A stretch of DNA of 63,550 bases, the filler included, from Atractiella rhizophila (lineage: Eukaryota): assembly GCA_021432655.1 (NCBI GenBank). It is 3 parts of 3 records of this genome, joined end to end, with 100 filler letters (N's around TTAATTAATTAA, not from the genome) between each part and the next. Parts side by side here need not be neighbours in the genome. Positions count along the whole stretch, not along the records: positions 1 to 29,705 come from MU271716.1; 2 more parts are not named here. One strand, written 5' to 3'. Shown here in pieces: positions 12,482 through 25,903 of this stretch; positions within the stretch are counted from its first letter, which is position 1; each line of letters begins with the position of its first letter. The translations under genes were made by a program, and so were the position numbers. A model generated the notes under the pieces. That model did not search any database and was not told the DNA's origin. It saw only the letters and a list, made by a program, of their open reading frames with translations.

Positions 12482-14010
12482 ATGCCCAATTTTACCACAC
12501 CACGGTTCCGTACGAATGCTTTTGTACGGCCCAGCCGACACCTCTCAACATCACGGCCGCAATATCGTCATTTTCTCCCATCACCCTGTAAAGGGCTACA
12601 ACCTACACCATCATCGCGACGTTCCATCTCGCTCCTGTCCCGCCAAGCTTCGTCCGACGCTCCGAACTCCCAAAACCCTTCTCTCGCCTCCTCATCTTCC
12701 TCATCAGAGGCTGTCCCTGCTCACGAGACCTTACCAGCGTTTCCAATTGAACCGCCAGCTGATCTGGATGCCATTGCGCAACTTCTAACCCCCGAAGGAT
12801 GGTTTGAGCGACTATCGCTTGATATTGCTTCGCTCCCTCCTTCATTATTGGGTATAACAATCTCAGTCGCTCTCCTGTCACGGCTGTTCATTGGACTCCC
12901 TGCCGCCTTATGGCAGAGAAGGAGGATCAATCGATTCTTCGATCTCTTGACGCCGGACATGAGAGTCTTCACGGCGGAGTTTCCTATTGCACTGAGGGTT
13001 AAAGCGAAGCAAGAACGATGGGATAAGACTACAATGGAGAAAAATTACGATCGTGCTGTATGTTTTATTTCTCGAAAGTGGGTGAAGCGACTAACGGGGC
13101 CCAGGTTACAGCCAAGCAGAAGCAATTGGAGAAAAAGTACAATTGCGCTCCGCGGCCAACAATGTTTATCCCACCGCTCATAAATATCCCAGCGATCATA
13201 TTCGGCTCCCTGATCATCCGGAAAATCACGCTTTTCAGCCAAACAATTTGTGATTCCCTAATCCCCAGCTTCCCACTATACGTCCCACTATCGCTCCCGT
13301 CCACACTTGAGAGCTTTTCTAGTTCTTATCCCACACTTACCGACATCCTCATCAAGCTCCTCTCGATAGGTCGCGAGGTAGACCCTATCTTGGCAGTTAG
13401 ACTTATCGAAGTGGACTCAACCTACCTCCTCCCGTTGGCATGCGGAATCAGCATCTTCCTTAGTGCACAAGTTCAATCTTACTCATCTCTCCTGCTCCGA
13501 AAACGAACACAGGCGCAAGAACGGCTCGGCATTCTTCACTATCAACTGAAACAGGACGCAGTAATGAAAGAGCAGAAACTCAAGAGAAGAGAATTGACAG
13601 AGCAAGAGGAGGCGGCTCTTGCGGGTAAGGGAAGAGGATTTAGAGAGACTGAGGAAAAGAGGTACGAAGCGAGAGATAGATTGTCCGCCTTGATAAAGTA
13701 CGGGACGGCCGTCTTCATCCCTGTGATCGCGGCTTTTCAACCTGCGGTATGCTTTCAGTGAGTGAGAAATGATAAGCTGATCCCATCTCAGATCATTCCT
13801 GCCTTTTGGATATTTACAAACGCCACTGCTGCCATCCCTCCGCTCCTTTTTATAGCCTCTGACTCTGGTAGGATCGCGAGGATTCGGAAGGAGACAACCC
13901 AGGCGTTGGAACATAATCCATGGCTCCGGGACCCATTCAGGCCACTGGAATCGGAAGCTGAACCGGAGCAAGTTGGCCAAACTAGGCGGAAAGTAGGAGC
14001 TGGACGATAG
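12482..14010 (+). CDS. COX18: Cox18/Oxa1-family mitochondrial inner-membrane insertase, 3 exons
   Basis: Arg/Ser-rich presequence; RLFIGLPAALWQRRRINRF, KKYNCAPRPTMFIPPLINIP, DSTYLLPLACG segments typical of Cox18; introns about 13058-13103 and 13748-13791. Confidence 0.7.
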
Positions 14011-14116
14011 ACAGAGCACTAATGGAGAGAACGGTACAGATGAAATGCTATTGATGCTACTGAACCGATACTATGCACATTGGAACACCTTCACTATCGG
14101 CGGAATTGCTGTGTTT

Positions 14117-16775
14117 TCAATCATCGCCTTCAGTCCCCACAAACATTCTGTCCACAAACCCCTTCCATTTTTTCTTGCTCTTCCCCAGACTCTTCGCCAG
14201 CTTCAGCCACTGGCCAATTGTCAAGTCCTTCAACTTATAAACTGCGAAGCGAGCCAAAAATTCCTCCTTTTCTCCAGTGCCCTGAGCCCCCTTGTCTTCG
14301 TCAGGGTATGGATTGCTGAAGGCGCCCTCATCCAAGCTTCGCGGCCATGGACGCGGGATTTCCTTCTTCTCACCATTGTCTAAGAGGGAATCCTTCAAGT
14401 AACCCATCTTGAATGTCACATACTCAACCTCCCACTTCGGATCAGGTCTCGTTCCATTCAGCAACACCTTATGCTCCTCATCCGTTATTCCAACAGGAAG
14501 AGGGCCCCAGCCGTCACGTTCGTTCGCACGGTCGATTTGAGTGTACCACTGGGTGTACCCAAGGGGAGATAGGTAGCGATTTGTGCGAGAGGGAGACTTA
14601 GGAGATGTGTGGCGAGGGAGACGGGGCTTCTTTCCTTTCTTCGGTTTCTCGTGCGAGTGACCATGCTTTCGCTTTCCCTTCTTCTTCTTCTTCTTCTTTT
14701 TCGGTTTACGCTTTCGTTTCGATGTCTTAACAATCGGCTCTTCCTCTTCATCTATTTCTTCGCCCTCTTCATCATAGTGGTCATTGGACAAATCGATGTC
14801 CAGTGTTTCATCTTGATGTTGGAGGAGGAGAGATGTGGACTGGACAGTGTTTTGTCGAAAGACGTTGCCGTCCTTCTCTCCTCTTGAGATGTTGTAAGTG
14901 AATACCCGCATGGAAGGATAGTAGGTAGGGATGATGGATGGAGCAACGTTGATTATTGCTGTGCCATCATGAGACAATACTCGGCATCTGAACTGGAACC
15001 ACTCACCGTATTCTTCCAAATCCCGTTTCTTCTTACCTGGTAGTTCCTTGAAATCCTTTTTCAGATCATCAACCAGATTCGAGAGCGAAAGATGCGACTT
15101 GTCCGCGAGTGGATGCAAAGAGTCGTGTTCATCAGCAGAGGAATCTTTGATGGGTGGAAGGTCAGAGATGACTTCGTGCGCGTCAATCCAAAAAAAGTGG
15201 TCCTCATTCATATGTCCAAAATGGTTCCCCAAAATAGTATCTTGAAAGCTTCAACCACACTCAAATACCTTCACAGTAGCCGGAACAAGAGACAAACCTG
15301 AGAACGATCTCCCCGAATCGTTGGTAGCAGCCTGATGCCTAGACGTCACCACAGAGTGAAGGAAAGATCGTAAGTCGTACCTTCGAACCAGTTCCCTGGC
15401 AAGAGAGAATCAGCTCACGATCCTTTTCAATATAGGAAACGTACCCGGCGATGGTGGAACATGTCCGGTTATGTACACCTGATATCCCAGATCCCTCAAA
15501 ATGTTCAACTGGACCTCAAGCCACTCCAGCTGTTCAGTCCCAGGATCTATCTCCTCCAGCCCTTCCTGTGACGGAGGGCAACCATCGACCTGTCCCGGCA
15601 ATCAAGTTCACGTCTGTCCTAAAAGCTTGGACGAAGGAGGGCAAACAATTTTGTTTGAGTCGTAAAAATACAACGTGTTGAGACTAAAGACTACCAATTC
15701 TTTGGAGATAACCTGCCTCCTTTGTCAGCTCTACCTGCTCAGAGGATGGCAAGCGAACCTCGAGCCAGAAGTAACCACCGCGCTCGAATGTGTGAACGTG
15801 CATGCCAGGAATAAAATGTTTCCATATGCTTTGCTTCCTTCAGTGGGGCAGTACACATAAAGCACAATTGGGACTCACTTTACAAACTCCATCGTAACTT
15901 CGCTAGGTCCCCGAAACATAATGTTATGTGGATAGATCTACAAGCCAACATCCATCTCAGCACATGTCGGGTAGCTTGAAAAAAGCGCACATCATTATTC
16001 CCAATGCTAGGTATGATTGGTACCTCTTTTCCAAACGCCTCCCTCATCCGACTGGCAATGTCGCGGTTCAAGTTGAAAATCTCATTCATCGACCTAGGAT
16101 GATTGTTGTCGATGTCATGTCGTGCTGAGTCTCCAGTCCAGATTACAAAGTCGACTTCATTGCGCCAGTGCTCTTGTATCCAACGGAACGTAGCGTCTAC
16201 GAGAGTCGTGGGAGAATCGCAGTCACTGGGAAAAAAGGGTGTAAGGGTAATGTAACGCCCGGAAAAACCCTGAACAAGAAAAGAAAAAACAATAAAAAAA
16301 AAAACCCAAACAAACAAAAAACGCAAAACGGGGGAACAAAAAAAACCAACCGGTAAGAAAAAACGAAAGGGGGGGGTCCTTCCGGCAAAAATGCCCCGGA
16401 AAAACCAAAAGCCCAAGGCCCAAACCCCAAACCAAAACGCAACCCCGTAAACTCATCAAACCTGCTCTCTGCAAGCAGAATCTTGGCCCCATGCAAGAAA
16501 TCAAACGCAATGCAACAAACATTGAACACAACTTTCCCTTCTGCGGCTCTGTATCCAAAGAGGGCTTACCTGACCTCAAGTCCCCAATATCCTGCCTCCC
16601 CCTCTTCCTCCTTCTCTCCATGCGTTTTATGGCACCCATACTTCTCCTTCGTGTTAGGCGTGTAGAAGGGATCGGGATGGATGTCAGTGATGTGAACGAA
16701 GCGACCAGTCAAATTTTTGGCTCCACCTGAGGCAGCGAGGGAAAGCACAAAAAGAACCGAGGTAATCATCATCAT
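14117..16775 (-). CDS. PPN1: Endopolyphosphatase Ppn1 (calcineurin-like metallophosphoesterase), multi-exon
   Basis: Hydrophobic N-terminus; GRFVHITDIHPDPFY, DCDSP, FVIWTGDSARHD, IGNND, ITGHVPP, GHMNEDHF, APSIIPTYYPSMR; Lys-rich insert. Confidence 0.93.
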
Positions 16776-18067
16776 GGGGACAGCATTGGCAGCTTATGGC
16801 CAGGAAAGTTGTTGGCGAAAATGGTCGTGAGAACGTGCTTCAATTGGAATCCGAATTCGTGGTAAAGGCTATGCAACAATTAGGCACAAACAACAAACCA
16901 ATTTACAGCCAAGTTAACGACCTTGCTGGATCGAACCAGATGGATGAGGACGAGCAAAGCTTGGATCATGGGTGTCAATGAATGCAGTCGGTTTATAAAT
17001 GATGGAGTTAGCGAAGGAGACTTTCGGACCGTGAAAGGACAACAAGAGGTAGTTAGCTTTCAAAATTTTTGCACAGTGCTGTACCCTCGTCAACTCGATC
17101 CGCGATTGATTTTGAGTTGTCGTGCTGCAAACATCGACGCCGTTTTTGGTTTACTACGAGAGAGAGCTCGTGAATTTACAACGGGACACCTGCTAACCAG
17201 CAGACGTCTAGACACTATTCGAATTAGAAAGAAACTGTTATAAACATAGTCAAATGGAGTCTTAACTTGACAACGTCTTTGAGTTGGAGGGACATCAAAG
17301 AAACTATAATTGACTGAGTCTGTGAAAGATATAATGAGGACACTGGTGAACAATATCATATCATACCCTCTTGCCCTCTTGGATGGAAGAAGCCTTTGAG
17401 CTGATTTTCTCAAGTGTTCACATCTGTTTGGACAGGCCGTGGCCATGTTGGAGACGAACCCAAACACCAATTGGACCTTTTGAAGCCATTGCAGTGGCAA
17501 TCTGTCCATTGCGATTGTTTCTCATTCCGCATTGACCATAGAAGTAAGAAAGACTCAGTTTTCTCAATGACTTAACAAAAGTCTCACTGAGCTCCCACTG
17601 CCAGCAAGCACATGATTATTTCCCTCAAGCGGAAAGAGTGGTGCCGTTCGCTGCTTCCAAAAAGAGCTGACGGAAAGAGCAGCTAGAGTTAATCTCCAGT
17701 CAAATGATGAGAGCTTTCATTCAATTCTGGTCCCAAAATTCTAACTCGGTTCATCTGCAGGCAGTGATGCCAAGAGGCTCACACAGCACATTAAGAAATT
17801 TGGCACTGGTGACACAAGTTGAATCTGCCAGGTTCATTCCCTCTTTATGTTGGGCCGGAGACGTTGACGCGGTGTTGGCAATCTAATCGTTCTGAAGTGT
17901 CTAAAAGGTTTTCTTTCCCCCCTTTACGTGCTTGACGCTCAATACTCGACAATGTGATCGAGAGCATCGGATGTGGAATAGATCTCAGCGATCACATCGA
18001 TTACATTTGACAATCTTTGATTTCTTCTTGACAATTTCCTTGGTGTACAGAACACATGTTTAGTCGA

Positions 18068-18590
18068 TTAGTTGTAATCATCAGCGATGGCGGCTTCCGC
18101 TTCCTTCTTCGCATGATGCTTAGCCCTGGCGAAGATGCGTCACATCAATGTAGCTCCAAGGCAGGAATGGGATGACATACTTCTCCCTGTCGATGAAATC
18201 CAGTCCCTTTGTCTCGAACAATTTGTCGACCTCAGCACCAGCAATACCAGCGATGAGTTCCTTCGCTAGGGCATGGTTGGCTATAGCTCTTGTCAGAATG
18301 AGGTGACTACGAGTGGGTGAGCGCAAACCTGGCTTGCCATCACGGGCCTGCTTCTCCTCGTATGCTTTGGCGGCAGCGAAGGCAGCAGCTCCTCCGATCA
18401 ATTCGTGTGACCAATGAGCCTTGTGACCCCTTCACACCCAGTGTGAGAGTCTCCCACCACCGCTGAGGAAAGAACATACTCAGTGCCGTAAACCTCATCG
18501 CTAGCTTTGGCAACATCAGAATCGGTGCTGAAGAATCTACGTGTCTGGTCAGTTCTATTTCGCACCAGCACAGAAAGAAACAAACCCCAT
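18068..18590 (-). CDS. CipC-like / DUF3759 protein, 5 exons
   Basis: Spliced MGFFSTDSD...HKAHWSHELIGGAAAFAAAKAYEEKQARDGKP.NHALAKELIAGIAGAEVDKLFETKGLDFIDREKAKHHAK. Confidence 0.88.
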
Positions 18591-19193
18591 ATTGATCAGT
18601 GCTGAAAATCAGGAGATTGTATCGATCGATGGAAGGTGCTGGACAGGATCAAACGTTCCTCAGTAGCCTGAGCTTTTATACCCCTCTGGCAGCTATTCAT
18701 AGCTCACGACGCTTCGGGAGTGAAGTCGTCAAGATGAGATCTCTCTCCCCCAATTCAGCTTCCAGCTCCCCCTCAACTGGAGGCTGAGATCCATTTTTGG
18801 GCTTCCCAAAATTGGGTCAAGGCCTCCTTGACAGTCCATAACCTTTTCACGAACCTACGAACTTACTCGCATGATGCCCCGTAGAGTCTCACCACGATGG
18901 CGCAAAATTATGTTGCTTTCTTTCCGCCTTTGTTCACGATTTTCATTTCCTCTCTGGCGCAACGCAAACAAGTTATTATTGGAAAGAAGCGAGCCCGTAA
19001 AAACTGAGAGGAAACCAACTCGCAGCCTGATAACGGAATAAAGCCGCTAAATTACATCGCCATCTGCTGCGTGCAGGTGAACATGTTGGCATTCCTTTTA
19101 CACGTAGAAGTTGGGGAACGTCCCCGTTTCAAACATTGAACTGTGTTGTAACAATGTACACATGAAAAAAAACGGCAAGACGGGCAAAAATAA

Positions 19194-19266
19194 CGCCCAA
19201 CGTGGGGCTCGAACCCACGACACTCAGATTAAGAGTCTGATGCTCTACCGACTGAGCTAGCCGGGC
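19194..19266 (-). tRNA. tRNA-Lys (anticodon CTT), intronless, 73 nt
   Basis: GCCCGGCTAGCTCAGTCGGTAGAGCATCAGACTCTTAATCTGAGTGTCGTGGGTTCGAGCCCCACGTTGGGCG: cloverleaf, A and B boxes, downstream T-runs. Confidence 0.97.
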
Positions 19267-19830
19267 TAATACTTGACGGACAGACTAGTATGATCTTTAT
19301 ATCGTAAAGATATTTAAGCAGAGTCTTGCTTCTGGGTTTCTAGCGGAACAAATTCCAAAACTGAAGACTACCACGTCAAAGGATCCGAGTCCCTTCGTCC
19401 ATGTCCTTGTTGCCTCTAGTTTGTTCCAAATTCGCCTTTAGAGCCAAAGGACTGAGCTTGATCATCATCAACTTGCGGCACCTGCCTCCAAATATAAAAG
19501 AAAGGCGACGAACCTTTCCTTTCGAACTACTCAGTTTCAAGATCTGACTCAAGAGGGAACATAGAATATATGACGCCCTTGCTCAGCCATTCTGACAGAA
19601 TGAGTGGTCCCCAAAAATGTGGTGAGGAAGTACCTCCAGACTTTTCGACGTGACCGCCCACATCCCCGTTTGTGGTGACAAGGGTACCTCTTCTGCCGGA
19701 AAATTCCTTCAATCTGAGCATTTGCGCATCGTCGGCTTGCAATATGACTCGTTTTGATTGTGCCCGCATAACTGCGCGGGTCATTATAAAAGAAAGAGAG
19801 CGTTAAACGAGAAATATCCCAGTAGTACAC

Positions 19831-20792
19831 ATGTCTATCCCTCAAGTGAAGTTCCACACCGAGCGCCTCGTGTATCGCGCATGTAAGAAGGAGGACGTCA
19901 AAACGTTTCTCGCAATCTTTGATTCGCATGCGCTGCTCGCGACTTGGGCACACCCAAAGCAAGTCGTTTTGTTAGCAGCACTGAGCAAAGAGACTGATCG
20001 AAACATGCTTTATGCGTGTTGACAGTGCACCGACTGAAGAGTTGTGGGAAGAAGCGTACAAGAGGCATGAGAAGTCTCCATACTTTATCGCTGTCTGCCT
20101 TCCAGACGCGGCAGCAACTACTCAGAGTAACGACGGGACACCAAAAGCCGGACAGGTAATCGGTTACGTGACACTTTCTGCACCTCAAGTTATCACGAAA
20201 ATATCGCGATTTACAGTCATGCTCGGAACAAAGTCAGACTTTCATAGTTCACTCTGTTGAGGAGGCTAATAACTGTTCAGCCATCGCGTTCTTTGTCCTT
20301 CCTTTTGCACAAGTCAGACTATAACAGGTTCTCATAGGGAAAGGGTTACGGGAGAGAGGCTCTTCTCTGGCTTTTCAAGCAAGGGTTTCAGAATTTGAAC
20401 CTCCACAAAGTATGGAACTATCGACAACTCCACTTCCACTCGCTGACGTAGTTCTAGATCGAATCCGAAGTCTTCTCTTGGAACGAACCAGCGAAAAAAC
20501 TCTACGCGTCAATGTAAGCCAAGTATGACCAACCAATCATCCTGCTAACAATGTGATAGTGGGTTTCAAACTGAAGGAGTAATTCGTGAAAGTGTCTTTA
20601 GTAAGTCATTTCATATACATACGTGGGATAACTCACAAGGTACCCATCTACACAATTAGTGGATGGCAAATGGTACGACAGCCACTATATGTAAGAACCA
20701 TTTACCACTGCTTTCCGGACTCAAGTCATTCTTGCTTTAGAGGGTTGTTGGAGCGAGAGTGGAGAGAAAGATACGGTGAAAAAGAAATTTGA
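19831..20792 (+). CDS. GNAT acetyltransferase (RimJ/RimL-like), paralog 1, 8 exons
   Basis: TERLVYRA, HRGKGYGREAL motif A (via 7-nt microexon 20281-20287), LNLHKI, WNEPAKKLY, GFQTEG, GLLEREW. Confidence 0.88.
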
Positions 20793-21105
20793 ATTGTCCA
20801 TAGAAGTCACATTTTCAATGTACGCAAGTCAACCTAAGATACACAATACCTCTGTTTTTCCCTTTCCAGAAAATTGTAGCAGGCTTCCTTGACTGCAGTG
20901 GCGCGTGTCGTCTTGCTTTTCAATTGCCGGAAAATTGCTCTCACTCCTCCTGAGCGTCTGCCATACAGAAATTGATATTTCATGTCCGCAAGCCTCAGCA
21001 TCATGACTCGCATTGATGTTAGCCGTGAGGGCTGCGCGTATAGGACATGATAAAAGTCTCCCAGAGAAGGGAACGGTGGAGCGGGAAATAACTCAAAGGT
21101 CCAAC

Positions 21106-22071
21106 ATGTCAATTCCACAAGTGACGTTCTATAGTGCGCGTCTGGTCTATCGGGCTTGCAGGAAAGAAGACATCAAGACCTTTCTCGAAATCTTCGATTC
21201 TCATGCCCTTCTCGCGACATGGGGGGAATCTAAGCTCGTCGTTTTTTTGACCGCATAGAGAATCCGGCGACTAATAAATGCGCGATATTGATAGGCCACC
21301 CACTGAGGCGTTGTGGGAAGAAGCGTTCAAAAGATTCGAGAAGTCGCCGTACTTCGTCGCAGTTTGCCTTCCGCACACAGACACAGCTGCCACTACTCAT
21401 CCTAATGGTGACGAGACGCCGAAATCTGGACAGGTAATCGGTTACGTGGCGCTTTACGAGCCTCAGCGTATCACTAACATATCGAAGTTTTCAATCATGC
21501 TCGGTTCTAAGTCCGTCATTGACTGGCCATGAATTTGTGGAAGCTGATTCGCCTTCAGTTATCGAGTACCTTCCCTACAATCCCTCTGCACACGTCTGGT
21601 TTGACAGGTTGTCTCAGGGAAAAGGTTACGGAAGAGAAGCCCTTCTATGGCTCCTCGAGAAAGGTTTCCAGCATTTGAACCTGCACAAGGTACCCGAATT
21701 ACAGTCACTCCGAGGCACTCGCTGATGAACTCTCAGATAGAATCCGGAGTCGCTTCTTGGAATGAACCAGCGAAAAAACTTTATGCATCAATGTGAGTGG
21801 ATTATAAAAGCCAATCGTCCTGCTCACATTGGCATAGCGGGTTTCAAACTGAAGGAGTAGTTCGTGAAAGCATCTTCAGTAAGTCCATTCGAGCACATAT
21901 ATCATTACTCGCAACGGTGTACTGATGTACGTGATCAGTGGGTGGAAAATGGTACGATTATCACTGCATGTCAGCCCCATTCACCAGTTCTCTTAGATCC
22001 CAACTCATGTTTGATATTTTAGAGGGTTGTTGCAGCGGGAGTGGAGAGAAAGATACGGGAAAGAAAATTGA
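21106..22071 (+). CDS. GNAT acetyltransferase (RimJ/RimL-like), paralog 2
   Basis: Same exon structure as paralog 1; YRGKGYGREAL via microexon 21559-21565; WNEPAKKLY; GLLQREW. Confidence 0.88.
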
Positions 22072-22557
22072 ATCTGTCTTCCAGCGCTTAACAGCCGTTT
22101 CATAATATGTAAATGTAGAGTAAATGGGGAGACAAATATTACAGCAATGCAAAAACCTCAGAGTGCGGTCATGTTCATGTTTAAGCCATGGTTGGTTTGG
22201 TAGCTCATGCCGTTTGTCCTCCTCCACTGGCAAGTTCAACAAGCTGACGACTTTATAATAAATAAATAAATAATAATAACAGCTCACCGACGCGGCCCAT
22301 CCTCCTCTTCATATCTAAAGGATTACTCCTTCGTGATTGATACCCCGTGATACCTCTGCCAAGATGGCAGTGATCATGACTCTTGAGCTATGCTGGGTTT
22401 CGCCGCCATCTGTATTGCTTGCTATTCAAGCTGTGATGCCTCTTTTGCTCTCAGTAACGTAACGTAACGCAACGTAGCGTCACCATATCTGGAACCTCTT
22501 TGGCGGTTGTGGCTGCCTCTGGCAAACCCCCGTCCAGTCTTGGGAAAGAGGCAAGCG

Positions 22558-23645
22558 ATGTCACGGCTTGAACGAGCATGGGCGTCTCCGTACCCATACA
22601 TTCCTCCCCAACCTCCCTCTCAGTCCCTCCCCTCCGTCCAACCCTCCGTCCCCATCCCTCCGCCTTCCATCCCGCTTCGGAGCGTCCCCTCAGTGACCCC
22701 GGCCACTCTTCCGGATGAACACTCGTCCCATCCACCCGCGTACTCTTCACACTCCCCTTCGCTCCCCATCACTCGCACCGTCTCCCGCTCTTCTCCGCTC
22801 GCTACCCTCCGGTGGACGTACCATCCCTCGCTCTCCCGCGTCTCCAGCTGGAACCGGCCCAAGTTGCTCTCTCGGGCTTTGTGGCGGAGGGACAGCGAGG
22901 TGTTAGGCGACGACTGGCCGTGGGTCGGTTCTTCTTCTTTCGGTGTCGGAGTGGAGGATGGAATGGGCGTAGAGGCGAGAGCAGCGGTGGCGAGGAATGT
23001 GCAGTACCTCAACGAGGTCACGCCGATGCATTTGAGGAGGACGAGAGCGATGTTGGCTGCTTGTGAATTGTTGGACTACTTGGTCGTCATCCTGTTGATC
23101 GTCGGTCTGGCCGTTGAGAAGGGAGAGCAGCGGGGTTTATTGGCTGCCGCTGAGGTGTTTTTGGTCGTGGTCATCATCCTGAACGCGCTCGGGATGGGTT
23201 TGACGCGTGTGCGTTTTCTCTTATTCTTCTTGGGTCGACGGAGGTCTTTATTTAATTTACATTCGATGTGGCAGGTGCGCCGGTGGAGGTTGATGAACGA
23301 CCTCAAGACAAAAGCGAAAGACTGGTCGCCATCCAGTCTAAGCGCGTATCTTCACCGCACTCGTAGCTTAGAGGAGGGTCGAGAGGAGTCAGATAACGAA
23401 TCCCAGAAACTGAGGTGGCGGATATCGCACGAAGGTCGTTTCTCCCAATTGTCCCCTTTGCCATCTAAACTCATGATGATCCAGGCGGATTTTGGCTCGC
23501 GTATCGCCCACTTGTCACTGTCGAACTTATCCTTCCTCCGAGGAAGAGGACATCTGGAGCTGTAGCGAGGGAGAGAGATGAAGGAGAGGGGCTTCCCGTC
23601 TACGTTCCCGCTTCCCGTCCATCGAATGAGGACGAAGAAGGGTAA
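22558..23645 (+). CDS. Hypothetical membrane protein (Pro/Ser-rich N-terminus, two hydrophobic helices, PPAY motif)
   Basis: Long ORF with segments LLDYLVVILLIVGLAV and LLAAAEVFLVVVIILNALGMGL; plausible introns give an end at ...LPVYVPASRPSNEDEEG*. Confidence 0.55.
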
Positions 23646-24083
23646 TCACGCATGCCATTTCGTTCAACTGGGAAAGAGAATATTGTGCAATGACCTGTTG
23701 GAAAGGAAAGGGGTGGGGTAAGGCTATGCTATTGTCTTGGATTGTTGTACCCTTTGGGAATATACGCATGTGTGTCTGCTTCAATAGGAAACAAAGAAAA
23801 ATGAATACAAAATTGTACTTATATTACATCGGCACTACTCATTCTCTCGCATGACGATTCCTCTACATGAAACCGTTCTCGAATAGCTCTTCTGCCTTTC
23901 TGTTACACTATACTGGTTTCAGATCCTCACTCATGATGAGAAGTTGCAAATCGTGGACAAAACATATAACTTAGGTGGAAGAAATTCATGCCTTCAAGTT
24001 CCATGTTTCCACAAGAAGTACATCACCTTCGTCTACGCTGAGAGTTTTACTCCAAAGAGCGTTTGGAAGCGAAGCCAAGCGAT

Positions 24084-25093
24084 TCAATTGTTACAAACGC
24101 GCCGAGCTCCAATGTCCAAAAACAGCTCAATCTTCACGGATCCATCAGTGACGTTAGGTCGGCCAGAACTAAAAAAGTGGGAAAGGAAAACGAAAAAATG
24201 AGAAGTGTCAAATACACAATAATTCAATGTCAAGTCTTTGAGTGAAGTCAATGAAAGAACGTTGGAGAAAAAGTCGGAGGGCGGGATATTGCTTTCGTCG
24301 TGACCTCCATCGACAGTCAAATATTGCAGCATGCGAAACTGAGCGAGTTGGAATGGCTCGCGAAAAGCGATCGGGCTAGCAACACGAGAGAAGCCGTTTG
24401 GAGTATACAGGAGTACAGCGAGCCGAGCGTTTTCAAACATCCAGCTGAAAGGAAAGGAAACGGGACCTCAGGACATATTAGAAGAGTATCTACTGCTTGA
24501 ACGACTGTCTCGAGCAGACTCTTCAAGAAATGACTGCTCGTCCCGTGGATACGCAGCAACTGGAGGTTCAATGGGCCGAGCTTGTCGGCACCAATCACTT
24601 CCGGCTCCTCCAGAGGATCTTGTAAGTTATGTAGAAAGATATGGGACAATGTCGAGCGAGATTTGCTGTTCAACAGAAAGCAACCCACGCTATATTCGTC
24701 CCAATCTAGCAATTGCAAATCTCGAAGTCCTTTGAGATTCTCCAAAAGCACAAGAGCATATTGCTCTCCGTGAGTCGATGATCGAGCGAGGTGCAAGATT
24801 GATATTGTGGGTTGAAAGCCTGTGACAATGCTGAAGAGATAGCCAAACGAAACATTCTTCTCAACATCTTCCCATCTGTAGTCTAATCGGTGCCAGAGCC
24901 TCTGAAATATTGGAAAGTCTTGGAACCTTTTCAGTTTGGCCCATGCAAACTGTGGTTCGTGGGCTACAAGCGATAAGTGAGCTCTCCACGTCCGGCAAAC
25001 TGAGCGATACACTTTGAAATTTATTCGATATTTGTTATCGCTCTTCGCCAGCCGTTCAAATATCAGATCTAGAAGCTCGGATGGCAATTGCAT
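24084..25093 (-). CDS. F-box/LRR-like protein (an intron or frameshift near 24450; may be degenerate)
   Basis: MQLPSELLDLIFERL...YRSVCRTWR F-box signature followed by LxxLxL repeats. Confidence 0.55.
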
Positions 25094-25903
25094 GATGTAG
25101 GAAAGCGTTCCATAGTCGATAATGCAAAAATCCCTGCCAAAGTACGAAGAAACCCATTCTTGGTGGATCCTGTTTCTATATGGTGGATCCCGTTTTTCCG
25201 ATTGAAACGGTGCCAAGCTTGGAGCAACAATTCATGAAGAGCTGTTGGTCAAACTTGTGCTTGACTAAATCTCTGGAATGTTCGGTGAGCACGACCCCGC
25301 TGTCACGGCATAGTCCTCGATCGTGATGGACAAAGACAGTGAGGGATAGGATAGAATTTGTATTATTGTGGCCTTGCAGACTGGAAATTAAACTCGTCTC
25401 GTTATCTTTCAGGGATTGGACAAAAGGCAGCTGGAGAAATGTCGAATGAAGGGCCGCTTCGGTTTTGCTGTCAAAGCTGTAAACATCCAGATGCTGAAGC
25501 GGTGTCGAAGCGCCAAAGGATTTTGTCCAGCTTATCGATAAAGATCTTTGGCAGTGATCAGTAATATAACTAATCACAGGCCTCCTGGAATCCTTCTTCT
25601 CGCAGACTGAAGAAAAGGTCAACATTGTAGTTGTTAGGGGGATGAAACGAATCAAAAACACACTGTCAGGCATGATGCATCATGCAACATTAATCATTAC
25701 CTGTTGAAACGATATTTACATCATGATTACGTTGTTGATGAGGGCGGACGCTGACAGACCAGGACAGACAGGTAGAAGCTTTCTATATACGTGTACAAAT
25801 AATAATTATTGGTATTACGAGAAGCTATGTGCAGGGAATAAGTACAATAGTACAACAATGAATTCAATGACTTCCCGAGCCTTCTGTCCAATACACAAGA
25901 ATA

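Noticed and set aside
14600..14790. Poly-Lys and acidic tract in PPN1
   Set aside because: Charged inserts are usual in fungal Ppn1 C-terminal regions
15880..16639. Phe-rich membrane-like ORFs
   Set aside because: They translate the low-complexity PPN1 intron
17952..17997. ATGTGATCG/CGATCACAT hairpin downstream of the CipC-like gene
   Set aside because: A 9-bp stem is within chance expectation
25176..25673. 165-aa ORF upstream of the F-box gene
   Set aside because: May be an LRR remnant, but no motif is strong enough to call
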